Assembly (NCBI GenBank): GCA_035403165.1
Contig: DAONEP010000008.1
Coordinates: forward strand, 355-64,354
Reading direction: 5' to 3'
Source of the DNA: Bacteroidales bacterium
GTDB lineage: Bacteria > Bacteroidota > Bacteroidia > Bacteroidales > UBA4417
DNA length: 64,000 bases
In this document: one piece after another, positions 52,183-60,526 of the stretch
Position numbering within the stretch: the stretch's first letter is position 1
Layout: every line of letters begins with the position of its first letter
Translations under genes and position numbers: made by a program
Notes under the pieces: generated by a model
Told to the model about the DNA's origin: nothing
What the model saw: the letters and a program-made list of their open reading frames with translations, nothing else
Databases searched by the model: none

Positions 52183-52190
52183 CAAATTTA
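52183..52190 (-). promoter_or_regulatory. Bacteroidota-type -7 promoter box for the DUF2752-TM2 pair
   Basis: The minus strand reads TAAATTTG, 15-22 nt upstream of the ATG at 52168 and just downstream of the terminator of C10 paralog 3. Confidence 0.45.
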
Positions 52191-52293
52191 ATTCTTTGAC
52201 GTAGGAATGACAACGAAGTTACAACAGGACCGATTAAAAAAAAAGAGGCAGCCCTTTTGAGACAGCCTCTTTCCGGTATTCAGACACTTATGC

Positions 52294-54414
52294 TTATTTC
52301 ACGATAAACTTGCGGGTGGTCACTCCTTCTGAAGTGCGGATAATCAGGAAATACATTCCTTTATTGAATCCCGTAAGGTCGATATTTTTAACGAAGTTGC
52401 CCGAGGTGCCTGCAAAAGATTCGTGATACAGTTCTTTGCCAGCCATGTCGACAATATTCATTCTGAAAGGTTCGTCGCTCTTGTTGTAAAAACGGACAGA
52501 CGTATATTTGGTTGCAGGGTTGGGGGCAATCACAATACCATTGATACCGGCTTGTTCATCAAGGCCGACATTGCCGACGGTATACTGGGCTTCAAAGCCG
52601 GCGCCGGGATTATAGGTATCACTCTTGAACATGACCAGAAAGCTTGTTCCTGTAGAAACAACAGGATCGGGAATCTGGTTTCCGGTGAAGGTGCCCATAA
52701 GTGTGCTTCCGGTAGTGCCGCCGGTTGAGTAGACCATCAATTCATCCCCTTCAGTGAGGTTGAAAGAATTGAAGGAAAGGGTGAGGCCTGTGGCATACGG
52801 AGGAACGATCTTCCATTTACATAGTGAGTTATTGTTGTAGCTTGAATTGCCGCTTCCGTCCGAAAATGTTCCGGAAGGATCGGTAAGCGTGATAGTACCG
52901 CCGCAATAGGAGGGGAATTGCGAATAATATTCGGCATGCCATCCGGTTGATTCATTCGCGCCATCGGTCGTGAATACCACGAACATGCGGTTGCCGGTCG
53001 AAACTACTTCGGCGGGTAGGGTTGATCCGGTGTATGATGCAAGCAGCGGGGCCGTGTTGTCCGATCCGTCATAAATGTAAAGCATATCGCTGGCGTCAAC
53101 ATCGAAGGCGGAGAAACTCAGCGTGATGGTTTTAACAGAATCGGCGGGTGCAATCAGCCATGTGCATCCCAGATTTGATCCGTAGTTGGCTGTGCCGCTG
53201 CTGCCGTCTTCAAATGATCCGATGGCTCCGGTGAGGGTATCCTGTGAACAGCTATAAGGATAATAGGCTGCGCCGGGATAGATGTTTTTGACGCAGGCCT
53301 GCGAATTGGTGAATCCCTGCGGATTTGACAACGAGTAGTAACCGTCGTTATAACCGCCCCATCCGAAGTTCATATGGAATAACTTGGAAGTTCCGTTAAC
53401 CTGGTATCCGTCGCAAACCCAGGCATGGCCGCCCTGTGCGGGATCATGTCCCGACATATATACCGGCTTCTTTTCGTCAAGGTTAGGAGTAAACTGGTTT
53501 TCCCATTGCGTCTGGGTCATGCTTCCTTTTTCCTGATAGGTGACCGATGAGGAATATCTGAAGTAGGTTTTCAGGGCATAAGGAACATCGTCGCTCTGGG
53601 CGCCTGATGCGTCGGGGCCATAATTCATGCTGACCGAAACACCGGCATGGAAATTCAGGAGAGCGACTGCAGGGATGCATTGTCCGCTTCCATTAGTAAG
53701 TTCATTAAGCATCTGGTCCCAATCATAGTATGTTTCACCAAAATTGGCCGAAATTGTTCCGTAATCGGGCATGTAATAGCTTCTGGAGCCGCTTCCCTGC
53801 AGCGGGAAACGGTAATAGTACATGATCTGGCTCATGGCCGTTGCAACGCAACCGGTAACCACGTGTCCTCCGGGCCCGTCTTCATCTTCGGGGCAAAATT
53901 CATTGTAAAGAGGAGATTGGTTCCAGATAGACTGAAGCAGGGGCCCTGCGTCGGTAGTGCTATTCGGAGTATAGTCAAGGTTTCCGTTCAGATAATTATT
54001 CCATGAGGCGCTGACATCGGCCGGGGTATCATAAACGCTTTCACGCACCCATTTTACCTGGTCGGCATAACAATGTACGAAATAGTCGAAATTGGTGGCT
54101 TTCCCTATTTCAGTATAAACGCCTTTTTCGGAATATCCGAGTACCGGTGTGATCCGGTCATCGGCCGAAATAATGATGAAGCCTGTTCCGTTGTTGGAAA
54201 AAACATAATATGCAGGAACTCCGTCAATGGTATAGGTTAGTACATCCGTCATCTGAAGGCCGGAGGCTTGCCAATTGATCTGATGATGGTATATACGTTC
54301 TTTAATAAAATTCCCCGCTACGGTACGGGCTGCCTCTTTATCAACAATTGCCGCTTCAACAGAAGCTAAAGCCATTATCAACGTTATGAGAAGAGTAAAT
54401 TTTCGTAAATTCAT
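52294..54414 (-). CDS. C10 family cysteine peptidase with two CUB-like domains and T9SS CTD, paralog 3
   Basis: Signal peptide MNLRKFTLLITLIMALASVEA. Motifs present are VTGCVATAMSQIMYYY, GHAWVCDGY, HMNFGWGG, GTFSDGSGNSSYNNNSLCKWKI and the CTD IAPNPATKYTSVRF...GMYFLIIRTSEGVTTRKFIVK. A stem + T9 terminator lies at about 52240-52275 on the minus strand. Confidence 0.8.
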   Translation of the reverse strand: MNLRKFTLLITLIMALASVEAAIVDKEAARTVAGNFIKERIYHHQINWQASGLQMTDVLTYTIDGVPAYYVFSNNGTGFIIISADDRITPVLGYSEKGVYTEIGKATNFDYFVHCYADQVKWVRESVYDTPADVSASWNNYLNGNLDYTPNSTTDAGPLLQSIWNQSPLYNEFCPEDEDGPGGHVVTGCVATAMSQIMYYYRFPLQGSGSRSYYMPDYGTISANFGETYYDWDQMLNELTNGSGQCIPAVALLNFHAGVSVSMNYGPDASGAQSDDVPYALKTYFRYSSSVTYQEKGSMTQTQWENQFTPNLDEKKPVYMSGHDPAQGGHAWVCDGYQVNGTSKLFHMNFGWGGYNDGYYSLSNPQGFTNSQACVKNIYPGAAYYPYSCSQDTLTGAIGSFEDGSSGTANYGSNLGCTWLIAPADSVKTITLSFSAFDVDASDMLYIYDGSDNTAPLLASYTGSTLPAEVVSTGNRMFVVFTTDGANESTGWHAEYYSQFPSYCGGTITLTDPSGTFSDGSGNSSYNNNSLCKWKIVPPYATGLTLSFNSFNLTEGDELMVYSTGGTTGSTLMGTFTGNQIPDPVVSTGTSFLVMFKSDTYNPGAGFEAQYTVGNVGLDEQAGINGIVIAPNPATKYTSVRFYNKSDEPFRMNIVDMAGKELYHESFAGTSGNFVKNIDLTGFNKGMYFLIIRTSEGVTTRKFIVK

Positions 54415-54603
54415 AGTATGAGGTGTTTTTGATTAATTGACAAAAGTAATAAATGTAACGATATCAAATTGTGGTTCTATGATATGAAAATCCAAAATAT
54501 CTTTTGGTTTTAATCGGTACACCGACATTCATTATTTAATAAGGTATCCGGGATAATCCGCATCCGGCACTTTTTCTACCTTTGACGTTTAAATCGATCA
54601 TGC

Positions 54604-55857
54604 ATGAAAATTCTGATAACGAATATTAAGGAACTTGTCCAGGTTGAAAATAAACCCAGGATGATGGTATGCGGGCCCGAGATGGGGCATTTGGGAACCA
54701 TTCGCAATGCCTTTCTTCTGATTGAGAAAGGAAAAATATCGGATTTCGGGAGGATGGAAGACCTGTTTTTGCCCGAAACGAGAGAAGGCAGGCAGTTGAA
54801 AATTATAGATGCAGCCGGGAAAATGGTATTTCCCTGTTTTTGCGATTCGCACACGCACCTGGTGTATGCAGGCAGCCGGGAAATTGAATATGTGGATAAA
54901 ATCAGGGGCTTATCCTATGAAGAGATTGCCAGGAGGGGAGGGGGAATTCTGAATTCTGCCGCGAAACTCCACGACGCTGCCGAAACCGAACTGGTTGCCC
55001 AATCCCTTGAACGGCTTGAGGAAATGATGCGTTACGGCACCGGGGCCGTTGAAATTAAAAGCGGATACGGCCTCAATACACAGGATGAACTTAAAATGTT
55101 GAGGGTAATCCGCAGCCTGAAGGAGTTTTCTCCGGTGACCATAAAAGCTACTTTCCTTGGGGCCCATGCAGTGCCGGCAGAATATAAAGGAAATCAGAGT
55201 GAATATGTTGACCTTATTATCAACGAGATGATTCCCCAGGTGGCTGCCGAAGATTTGGCCGACTATATTGATGTTTTCTGCGACAGGGGCTTTTTCACGA
55301 TCGAAGATACCGAACGCATGCTGATGGCAGGGATGAAATACGGACTCAGGCCGAAAATACATGCCAACGAAATGGACCGTTCAGGCGGCATCCAGGTTGG
55401 AGTAAAATACAATGCCCTGTCGGTCGACCATCTGGAATTTACGGGCGAGGATGAAATTAAGGCGTTGCTCGACACCGAAACTATGCCAACAATCCTTCCC
55501 GGAGCTGCATTTTTCCTGAATATGCCGCTGGCGCCGGCGCGCCGCATGATTGATGCAGGTCTTCCCGTTGCCCTTGCCAGCGATTATAACCCCGGTTCAT
55601 CCCCTTCGGGCAATATGCAGCTCATTCTGTCCATGGGATGCATCTTATATCGCCTGACGCCCGAAGAAGCTGTCAACGCAACTACCATAAACACCGCCTA
55701 TGCCATGGGGGTGAGCGAAGAGTTGGGAAGCATCGCTGTCGGGAAAAAAGCCAATGTTTTCATTACGAATGCCATTCCATCCGTAGAGTTTATGCCCTAT
55801 GCATTCGGAAGCAACAAGGTGGATACTGTCATCCTGAACGGCAGGATTGTAGCGTAA
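54604..55857 (+). CDS. hutI: imidazolonepropionase
   Basis: 417 aa amidohydrolase. It has the CDSHTHLVYAG metal-binding motif, IHANE and ALASDYNPGSSP, which are typical of HutI. Confidence 0.85.
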   Translation: MKILITNIKELVQVENKPRMMVCGPEMGHLGTIRNAFLLIEKGKISDFGRMEDLFLPETREGRQLKIIDAAGKMVFPCFCDSHTHLVYAGSREIEYVDKIRGLSYEEIARRGGGILNSAAKLHDAAETELVAQSLERLEEMMRYGTGAVEIKSGYGLNTQDELKMLRVIRSLKEFSPVTIKATFLGAHAVPAEYKGNQSEYVDLIINEMIPQVAAEDLADYIDVFCDRGFFTIEDTERMLMAGMKYGLRPKIHANEMDRSGGIQVGVKYNALSVDHLEFTGEDEIKALLDTETMPTILPGAAFFLNMPLAPARRMIDAGLPVALASDYNPGSSPSGNMQLILSMGCILYRLTPEEAVNATTINTAYAMGVSEELGSIAVGKKANVFITNAIPSVEFMPYAFGSNKVDTVILNGRIVA

Positions 55858-55965
55858 TCAGGGTTTCCTGACTGATCTGTTGTTCCGGCGCATCGCCACT
55901 CATATGTCCTGCCGCTGAATGGGCCATCACTTCAAGGATGTTCCGAATTGACGGATCATTCTGCT

Positions 55966-56003
55966 ACTTAAAAAACAAAAGGCTGACCCGTAAGAGTCAG
56001 CCT
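55966..56003 (-). terminator. rho-independent terminator of the 56031..56420 gene
   Basis: Stem ggctgac / gtcagcc (55981-55987 / 55996-56002). The minus strand follows with ttttgtttttt. Confidence 0.65.
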
Positions 56004-56030
56004 CGTGTTGTCAATTCAGTGGTTTAACTT

Positions 56031-56420
56031 TTACTTTTTAATGGGCTGGACGTTGGATGTATTTTTAACATCCTTTGCCGGTGCTGTTTTGGTGGCAGGA
56101 GCAGCTATAGGAGTCGATTTTGCAGTGGAAACGCCGGATGCCTGGTGAGCTTTCTTATGGTGTTTGTGCACTACGGCTTTTGTCGCAGTTGATGCCTGGG
56201 CGGCTTTTGCGGGTTCCGCCTTAATCACGCCCTGAGTAGCCACAGATTGTGACTTTGTTTGCACGTTCGCCGTTTTTTGTCCGGCTACTGGTTTTGCTGC
56301 TTCCTGTTTCATGGTTGTAGTTTTAACAGGCTCTTTCTTCTCAACAGGTTTTTGAGTTTGAGCCATAGCGATCGTTCCCGACAGGAACAATACAGCTAAT
56401 GTTACTACGATTTTTTTCAT
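56031..56420 (-). CDS. secreted low-complexity (Ala/Lys/Thr/Gln-rich) protein
   Basis: The preferred ATG at 56420 gives the signal peptide MKKIVVTLAVLFLSGTIAMAQ. The rest appears disordered and includes a HKHHKKAH patch. Confidence 0.5.
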   Translation of the reverse strand: MKKIVVTLAVLFLSGTIAMAQTQKPVEKKEPVKTTTMKQEAAKPVAGQKTANVQTKSQSVATQGVIKAEPAKAAQASTATKAVVHKHHKKAHQASGVSTAKSTPIAAPATKTAPAKDVKNTSNVQPIKK

Positions 56421-56986
56421 TTTCAAATTTGTTATTATTGGTTCTTTTGAAATGACATGCAAAGTAACTGCCGCTTGGGGAGATGTATTATAATTTCTGT
56501 GTTAAAGGATGTTAAATGGAATTCTAATAAATGTTAAACTCACAGATGCCTTGGTATCACTGCATTTTGGCTGTTGCTAACGGGCTTCTGTCCGGCCTGA
56601 TTGTCAAATGGTTTCTAATGATATGTCATTCAACCGGTTGGATGGCAGCATGCCTGCCTGTATTTATCGGGAGAACTCAGCAGCCCGCCAGATGGTAAAT
56701 CGCCTGATCGCTTTCACGCAGATTTTAAGCCTCAAAAACCCTCGTATGTTTTTAGTCGTCAGGCTTTAACGTGTTTAGGAGCAGGTTTGCGATTCAGTGA
56801 ATGAGGTTTAGGCACCGCATTGCTGGTATTGCCCGGCGAACACGAATTATCCCGACCAGGATGAAAAGTTCCGGTTTTACGAGGCAGGTCTTAATTATTC
56901 GTTAACAATTTTTTCTGTAACAATTCAATAGACAAGCCGTCATATTACAGAACCGATAAAACAGTAACTTTTAAACAAAAAGAATT

Positions 56987-57616
56987 ATGAAAACGCTGAC
57001 ACTTATTCTTTTATCAGGAATTCTGTCAATCAATCATCCCTTCAATGCTACAGCCGACGGCGACCCTCACAATAAAACCAGCTATACTTCCCCTTTCTTC
57101 TTTAATGCTTCTACCGATGATCTGCAGAATTCCTTTTCCGGGATGTTGAAACCGGATGAAGAGCCCTTTGTTAACGATATTCCTTTCAGCACCTCGGGCA
57201 TAACGGCCGACTATTTAAGAAATCTGAAGCTGAAGAGTATCGAAATTCCGGAAATGAGTCCGGAATTCTACATCGACGATATTCCGTTTAATACTGAAAA
57301 TATCGCAACACTCTATCGCCTAAAGGCTTCGGATGTATCTGGTATCCTGAACCTGAAAGATGAAAGCCCGGCCCCGGATTTTCCATTCAATACGGCAATA
57401 ATTGCCGGAAGCGCGGCGTCAGGGAAGCTTCCTCTGGTGCTGCAGCCTGAACAATATGCTGATGATATCCCTTTTGATACGGAAGAGATTTCAAAACAAA
57501 GCCTTCAAAGGGAAAAGATTACTGTTAACCGGGGCATCACCGCTTCCGGGTTGACCGACACCCCGGACAGGTTCCCGTACGAAGGCAGCCTGTACCGGTT
57601 TGATGCTGATAAATAG
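56987..57616 (+). CDS. secreted repeat protein with four [DN]D[IF]PF[SND]T motifs
   Basis: 209 aa. A signal peptide is followed by the repeats NDIPFSTSGITADYL, DDIPFNTENIATLY, PDFPFNTAIIAGS and DDIPFDTEEISKQS at about 40-45 aa spacing. Confidence 0.55.
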   Translation: MKTLTLILLSGILSINHPFNATADGDPHNKTSYTSPFFFNASTDDLQNSFSGMLKPDEEPFVNDIPFSTSGITADYLRNLKLKSIEIPEMSPEFYIDDIPFNTENIATLYRLKASDVSGILNLKDESPAPDFPFNTAIIAGSAASGKLPLVLQPEQYADDIPFDTEEISKQSLQREKITVNRGITASGLTDTPDRFPYEGSLYRFDADK

Positions 57617-57643
57617 CCTTTTATGATTTTAGTTTTCCTGCAT

Positions 57644-57665
57644 AAAAGCCTCACAGGAGGCTTTT
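57644..57665. terminator. bidirectional rho-independent terminator between convergent genes
   Basis: aaaa-gcctc-acag-gaggc-tttt. Confidence 0.65.
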
Positions 57666-57670
57666 GTGCA

Positions 57671-58507
57671 TTACAGGCGGCGGAACCTGCAGCGATCCAA
57701 CCAGTCGCTAACGTAAGCCAGTACTTCGTCCCGGGCGGGTTCGTTATGTAACTCGTGAAAAAGCCCGGGCCAGCCTTTAAAATTCAGATGGTTGTTTGAG
57801 GCAGACGCAAAATCACGGCTTGCTTTATAGGATGTAATTCTATCCGCGTCACCGTGCATAAGGAGGACCGGCTTTTTAAGCATACCGGCATGTTGTATTG
57901 CCCATTCGCCGTATTTCTGAATGATAAAAAAGGTTCGCACCGAAATTTTCCAGTGTATAAGCGGATCAATTTCGTAAGCATGTTGTACGGACTCATCATG
58001 ACATAGATCGGCTGATTTTATGCCGTTGGGAACCAGTGCGGAAGGAAAAAACGGTTTGAGCAGTGAAGCCGCGGCAACGGTGAATCCGGAAGGAGGTTTT
58101 GCTAACCGGAGCCAGGGGCTTGATGAAATTATACCGTCAACCTCTTCGGGAAAGCGTAACACAAAATTGATCACCAGGCTTCCGCCCATGCTTTGGCCAT
58201 AAAGAAATACGGGCAACCCGGGGAACCTGTCCCTGGCATCTTTCAGAATCAGTTTTAGGTCGGTCATCACCTCCTGAAGCGAATTGAAATGGCCGCGTCT
58301 GCCCGGGGAACGGCCGTTGCCGCGCAGGTCGGGAGCAATAAAAGCATAGCCTTTTGCGGCCAGCGCTTCGGCAACATGGACAAATCTTCCGCCGTGATCG
58401 GAGAGCCCGTGGACCAAACATACAATGCCTGCCGGAAACCTTGCCGGAGACCATATCCTGGTAAAAAGTCTTGTATCGTACAGGACAGGGATTGATGTTT
58501 CCTCCAT
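57671..58507 (-). CDS. alpha/beta hydrolase (lysophospholipase / monoacylglycerol lipase-like)
   Basis: 278 aa. It has the oxyanion region CLVHGLSDHGGRF, the nucleophile elbow GQSMGG and a C-terminal H in LFHELHNE. Confidence 0.8.
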   Translation of the reverse strand: MEETSIPVLYDTRLFTRIWSPARFPAGIVCLVHGLSDHGGRFVHVAEALAAKGYAFIAPDLRGNGRSPGRRGHFNSLQEVMTDLKLILKDARDRFPGLPVFLYGQSMGGSLVINFVLRFPEEVDGIISSSPWLRLAKPPSGFTVAAASLLKPFFPSALVPNGIKSADLCHDESVQHAYEIDPLIHWKISVRTFFIIQKYGEWAIQHAGMLKKPVLLMHGDADRITSYKASRDFASASNNHLNFKGWPGLFHELHNEPARDEVLAYVSDWLDRCRFRRL

Positions 58508-58539
58508 ATCAGTGAGTGGTTGATTAAAACGGATTATTT

Positions 58540-59274
58540 TCAGTCAATTAATTTCCGGATGCGGCTGATTGCATCGGCATCAGGCAGGAGCAGATCGTAT
58601 TCGGGAATGATGACATTTCCTCCCATGGCAACGGCAGTGTTTTTGTATTCCATGTTGCCGGGGATATGCATCTTTGCTGAAAGGTGGATTTCCGAAACGC
58701 CTGTCCGGTCAATGACCTCCCTGATGTTGTGCTCGTTGATGCCGCTGCCGGGCATGATACTAATTCTTCCGTTGGCAGCTTCCGCCAGCCGCCTGATTAC
58801 CGGCAATGCTTCGCAGGCCGTTTGCCGGCCTCCGGATGTGAGGATGCGTTTGATCCCGCATCCGACAATTTTTTCCAGGGAATCAAAGAGATCGCATGTC
58901 ATGTCAAAGGCGCGGTGAAAAGTTACCGGCATGGGAGCTGCTGCTTCTGCCAGGACCCGCATGCGGCCCGTATCAACGGTACCATCCTTCGATAATATTC
59001 CGGCAACGATGCCATCCATTCCTGCGATTTTTGCAGCCTGTATATCCAGCAACATGGCGTTGAATTCAAGATCGGAATAGCAGAAATCGCCTTCGCGGGG
59101 CCTTATCATCACATGGATGGGGATTTTAAGGTATTTACGGGCCAGCCTCAGGGTTGCGGCGCTGGGAGTAAGACCGCCTTCGGCCGGGGCGGCGCATAAT
59201 TCAATACGGCCGGCTCCTGCTTTTTGGGCAGTAATGGCAGCTTCGAGGGAGTATACAGCTATTTCGAGGATCAT
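58540..59274 (-). CDS. cutC: copper homeostasis protein CutC
   Basis: The preferred ATG at 59274 gives MILEIAVYSLEAAITAQKAGAGRIELCAAPAEGGLTPS..., with VTFHRAFD and RILTSGG motifs typical of CutC. The upstream extension of the track ORF has no coding character. Confidence 0.85.
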   Translation of the reverse strand: MILEIAVYSLEAAITAQKAGAGRIELCAAPAEGGLTPSAATLRLARKYLKIPIHVMIRPREGDFCYSDLEFNAMLLDIQAAKIAGMDGIVAGILSKDGTVDTGRMRVLAEAAAPMPVTFHRAFDMTCDLFDSLEKIVGCGIKRILTSGGRQTACEALPVIRRLAEAANGRISIMPGSGINEHNIREVIDRTGVSEIHLSAKMHIPGNMEYKNTAVAMGGNVIIPEYDLLLPDADAISRIRKLID

Positions 59275-59543
59275 TGCGGAATCCGGTACAGGTAACAACA
59301 AGACGAATTTAGTGAAGAATTCCGCCGGTTGCCATAAAAAGCGGCTTATAATGCAAAAGTGGCGACAGGAAGTGACTGCCATTCCCGTCGGAACCGGATA
59401 TAAAATTGATTTGCAGCAGTTGAACCAGCCCTTCTTCTGCCCCGTACTTCCCCGCCATGGGAAATTGCACCAACCATGAATATGTTTGTGACAGGCAATA
59501 TAACCGCCATCAGGGGCTAAAGGTGAAGATGCCTGACCTGGCT

Positions 59544-60239
59544 CTATTTGGCAGGATGTGTCATACTGATGTTGCAAATAAAGTTTTGTCCTCCGGTAAT
59601 CTCAATAGGGTCGAAATCGGGGCTGAGGGGGCCTCCGGAACCGTACCATCCAACATAGTCTCCTGAATTCGGGTTCCCAGAATGATCGGTGTCTTTCCAG
59701 ATGATCAACTGGTACGTTCCCGGGTCGATGCCGGCCAGATTGAACACAATTCCGGAGCCGCTGCCGGTTGCTGTTATGGTTTTTATGATCAATCCGGCTC
59801 CGTATGTTTCCAAATGAACAACGGATCCTTCTAAATTGCCGGTGTACCCTGCATCAAGTTTGGCGTAACCGGTAATCTGGGTGACAGGGGCTAGTACCGT
59901 GACTGAAATTGTGGTTGGTGAGGAGCTATTTCCCTCCGAATCGGTAGCCGTAACCTCTACTGTTGCTGTCCCCGGAGCGGAAGGAAGACTCCAGTAACCA
60001 TAGGAACCGTCGGGGGTAATGCTTCCCCCCGAAACTTCATATAAGTAGGTGATGGGGTCCTGTTCCGGATCAACGGCATTTACTGTGACCTTGACCGTAC
60101 CTCCTGCATTCACACTGTCGGGATTTATCCTGACGGAAGAGATGGACGGAGCTTTGTTGCCGGTGTCGTCGCAGGATGTTATCAGCAATATCATGCCGGC
60201 GGCCAGGATTGCTGGAAGCAGATAACTGAAAGGTTTCAT
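59544..60239 (-). CDS. lipoprotein with Ig-like/PKD-like domain
   Basis: The preferred ATG at 60239 gives MKPFSYLLPAILAAGMILLITSC (lipobox), followed by VRINPDSVNAGGTVKVTVNAVDPEQDPITYLYEVSGG, an Ig-like beta-sandwich pattern. Confidence 0.55.
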   Translation of the reverse strand: MKPFSYLLPAILAAGMILLITSCDDTGNKAPSISSVRINPDSVNAGGTVKVTVNAVDPEQDPITYLYEVSGGSITPDGSYGYWSLPSAPGTATVEVTATDSEGNSSSPTTISVTVLAPVTQITGYAKLDAGYTGNLEGSVVHLETYGAGLIIKTITATGSGSGIVFNLAGIDPGTYQLIIWKDTDHSGNPNSGDYVGWYGSGGPLSPDFDPIEITGGQNFICNISMTHPAK

Positions 60240-60526
60240 GGTTTCCGGGTTTAGTGGTCCATTATGAATTAACATTTAAAATTATGATTCAACCATCATA
60301 TCCCTTCTTCTCACCATCTCAAAAATTTTACTATCTGTCTCAATTCAATCTCCGGCCGGGCTGTTGTTCAGTCAGGTCATGACTTAAGTGGAAATGATAA
60401 AGGATTATGTATGTATAACGATCAGCAGATCAGTAATATAATAAATAATTCAGAAAAATATCACAATTAAAGAGAACAATCCCACATCGCAATACCTATC
60501 TTTGGCGGCTCATTTAAAATAAGACG

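Noticed and set aside
56546-56698. A 50-aa hydrophobic ORF in the long divergent intergenic region.
   Set aside because: It is too short and unsupported to annotate as a gene. No promoter box or RBS-like context was seen. It is mentioned only within the finding on that region.
58540-59577. The 345-aa ORF that extends cutC 101 codons upstream.
   Set aside because: The CutC homology begins at MILEIAVYSLEAA (ATG at 59274). The extension is Cys/Trp/His-rich junk and overlaps the 3' end of the next gene (59544..60239).
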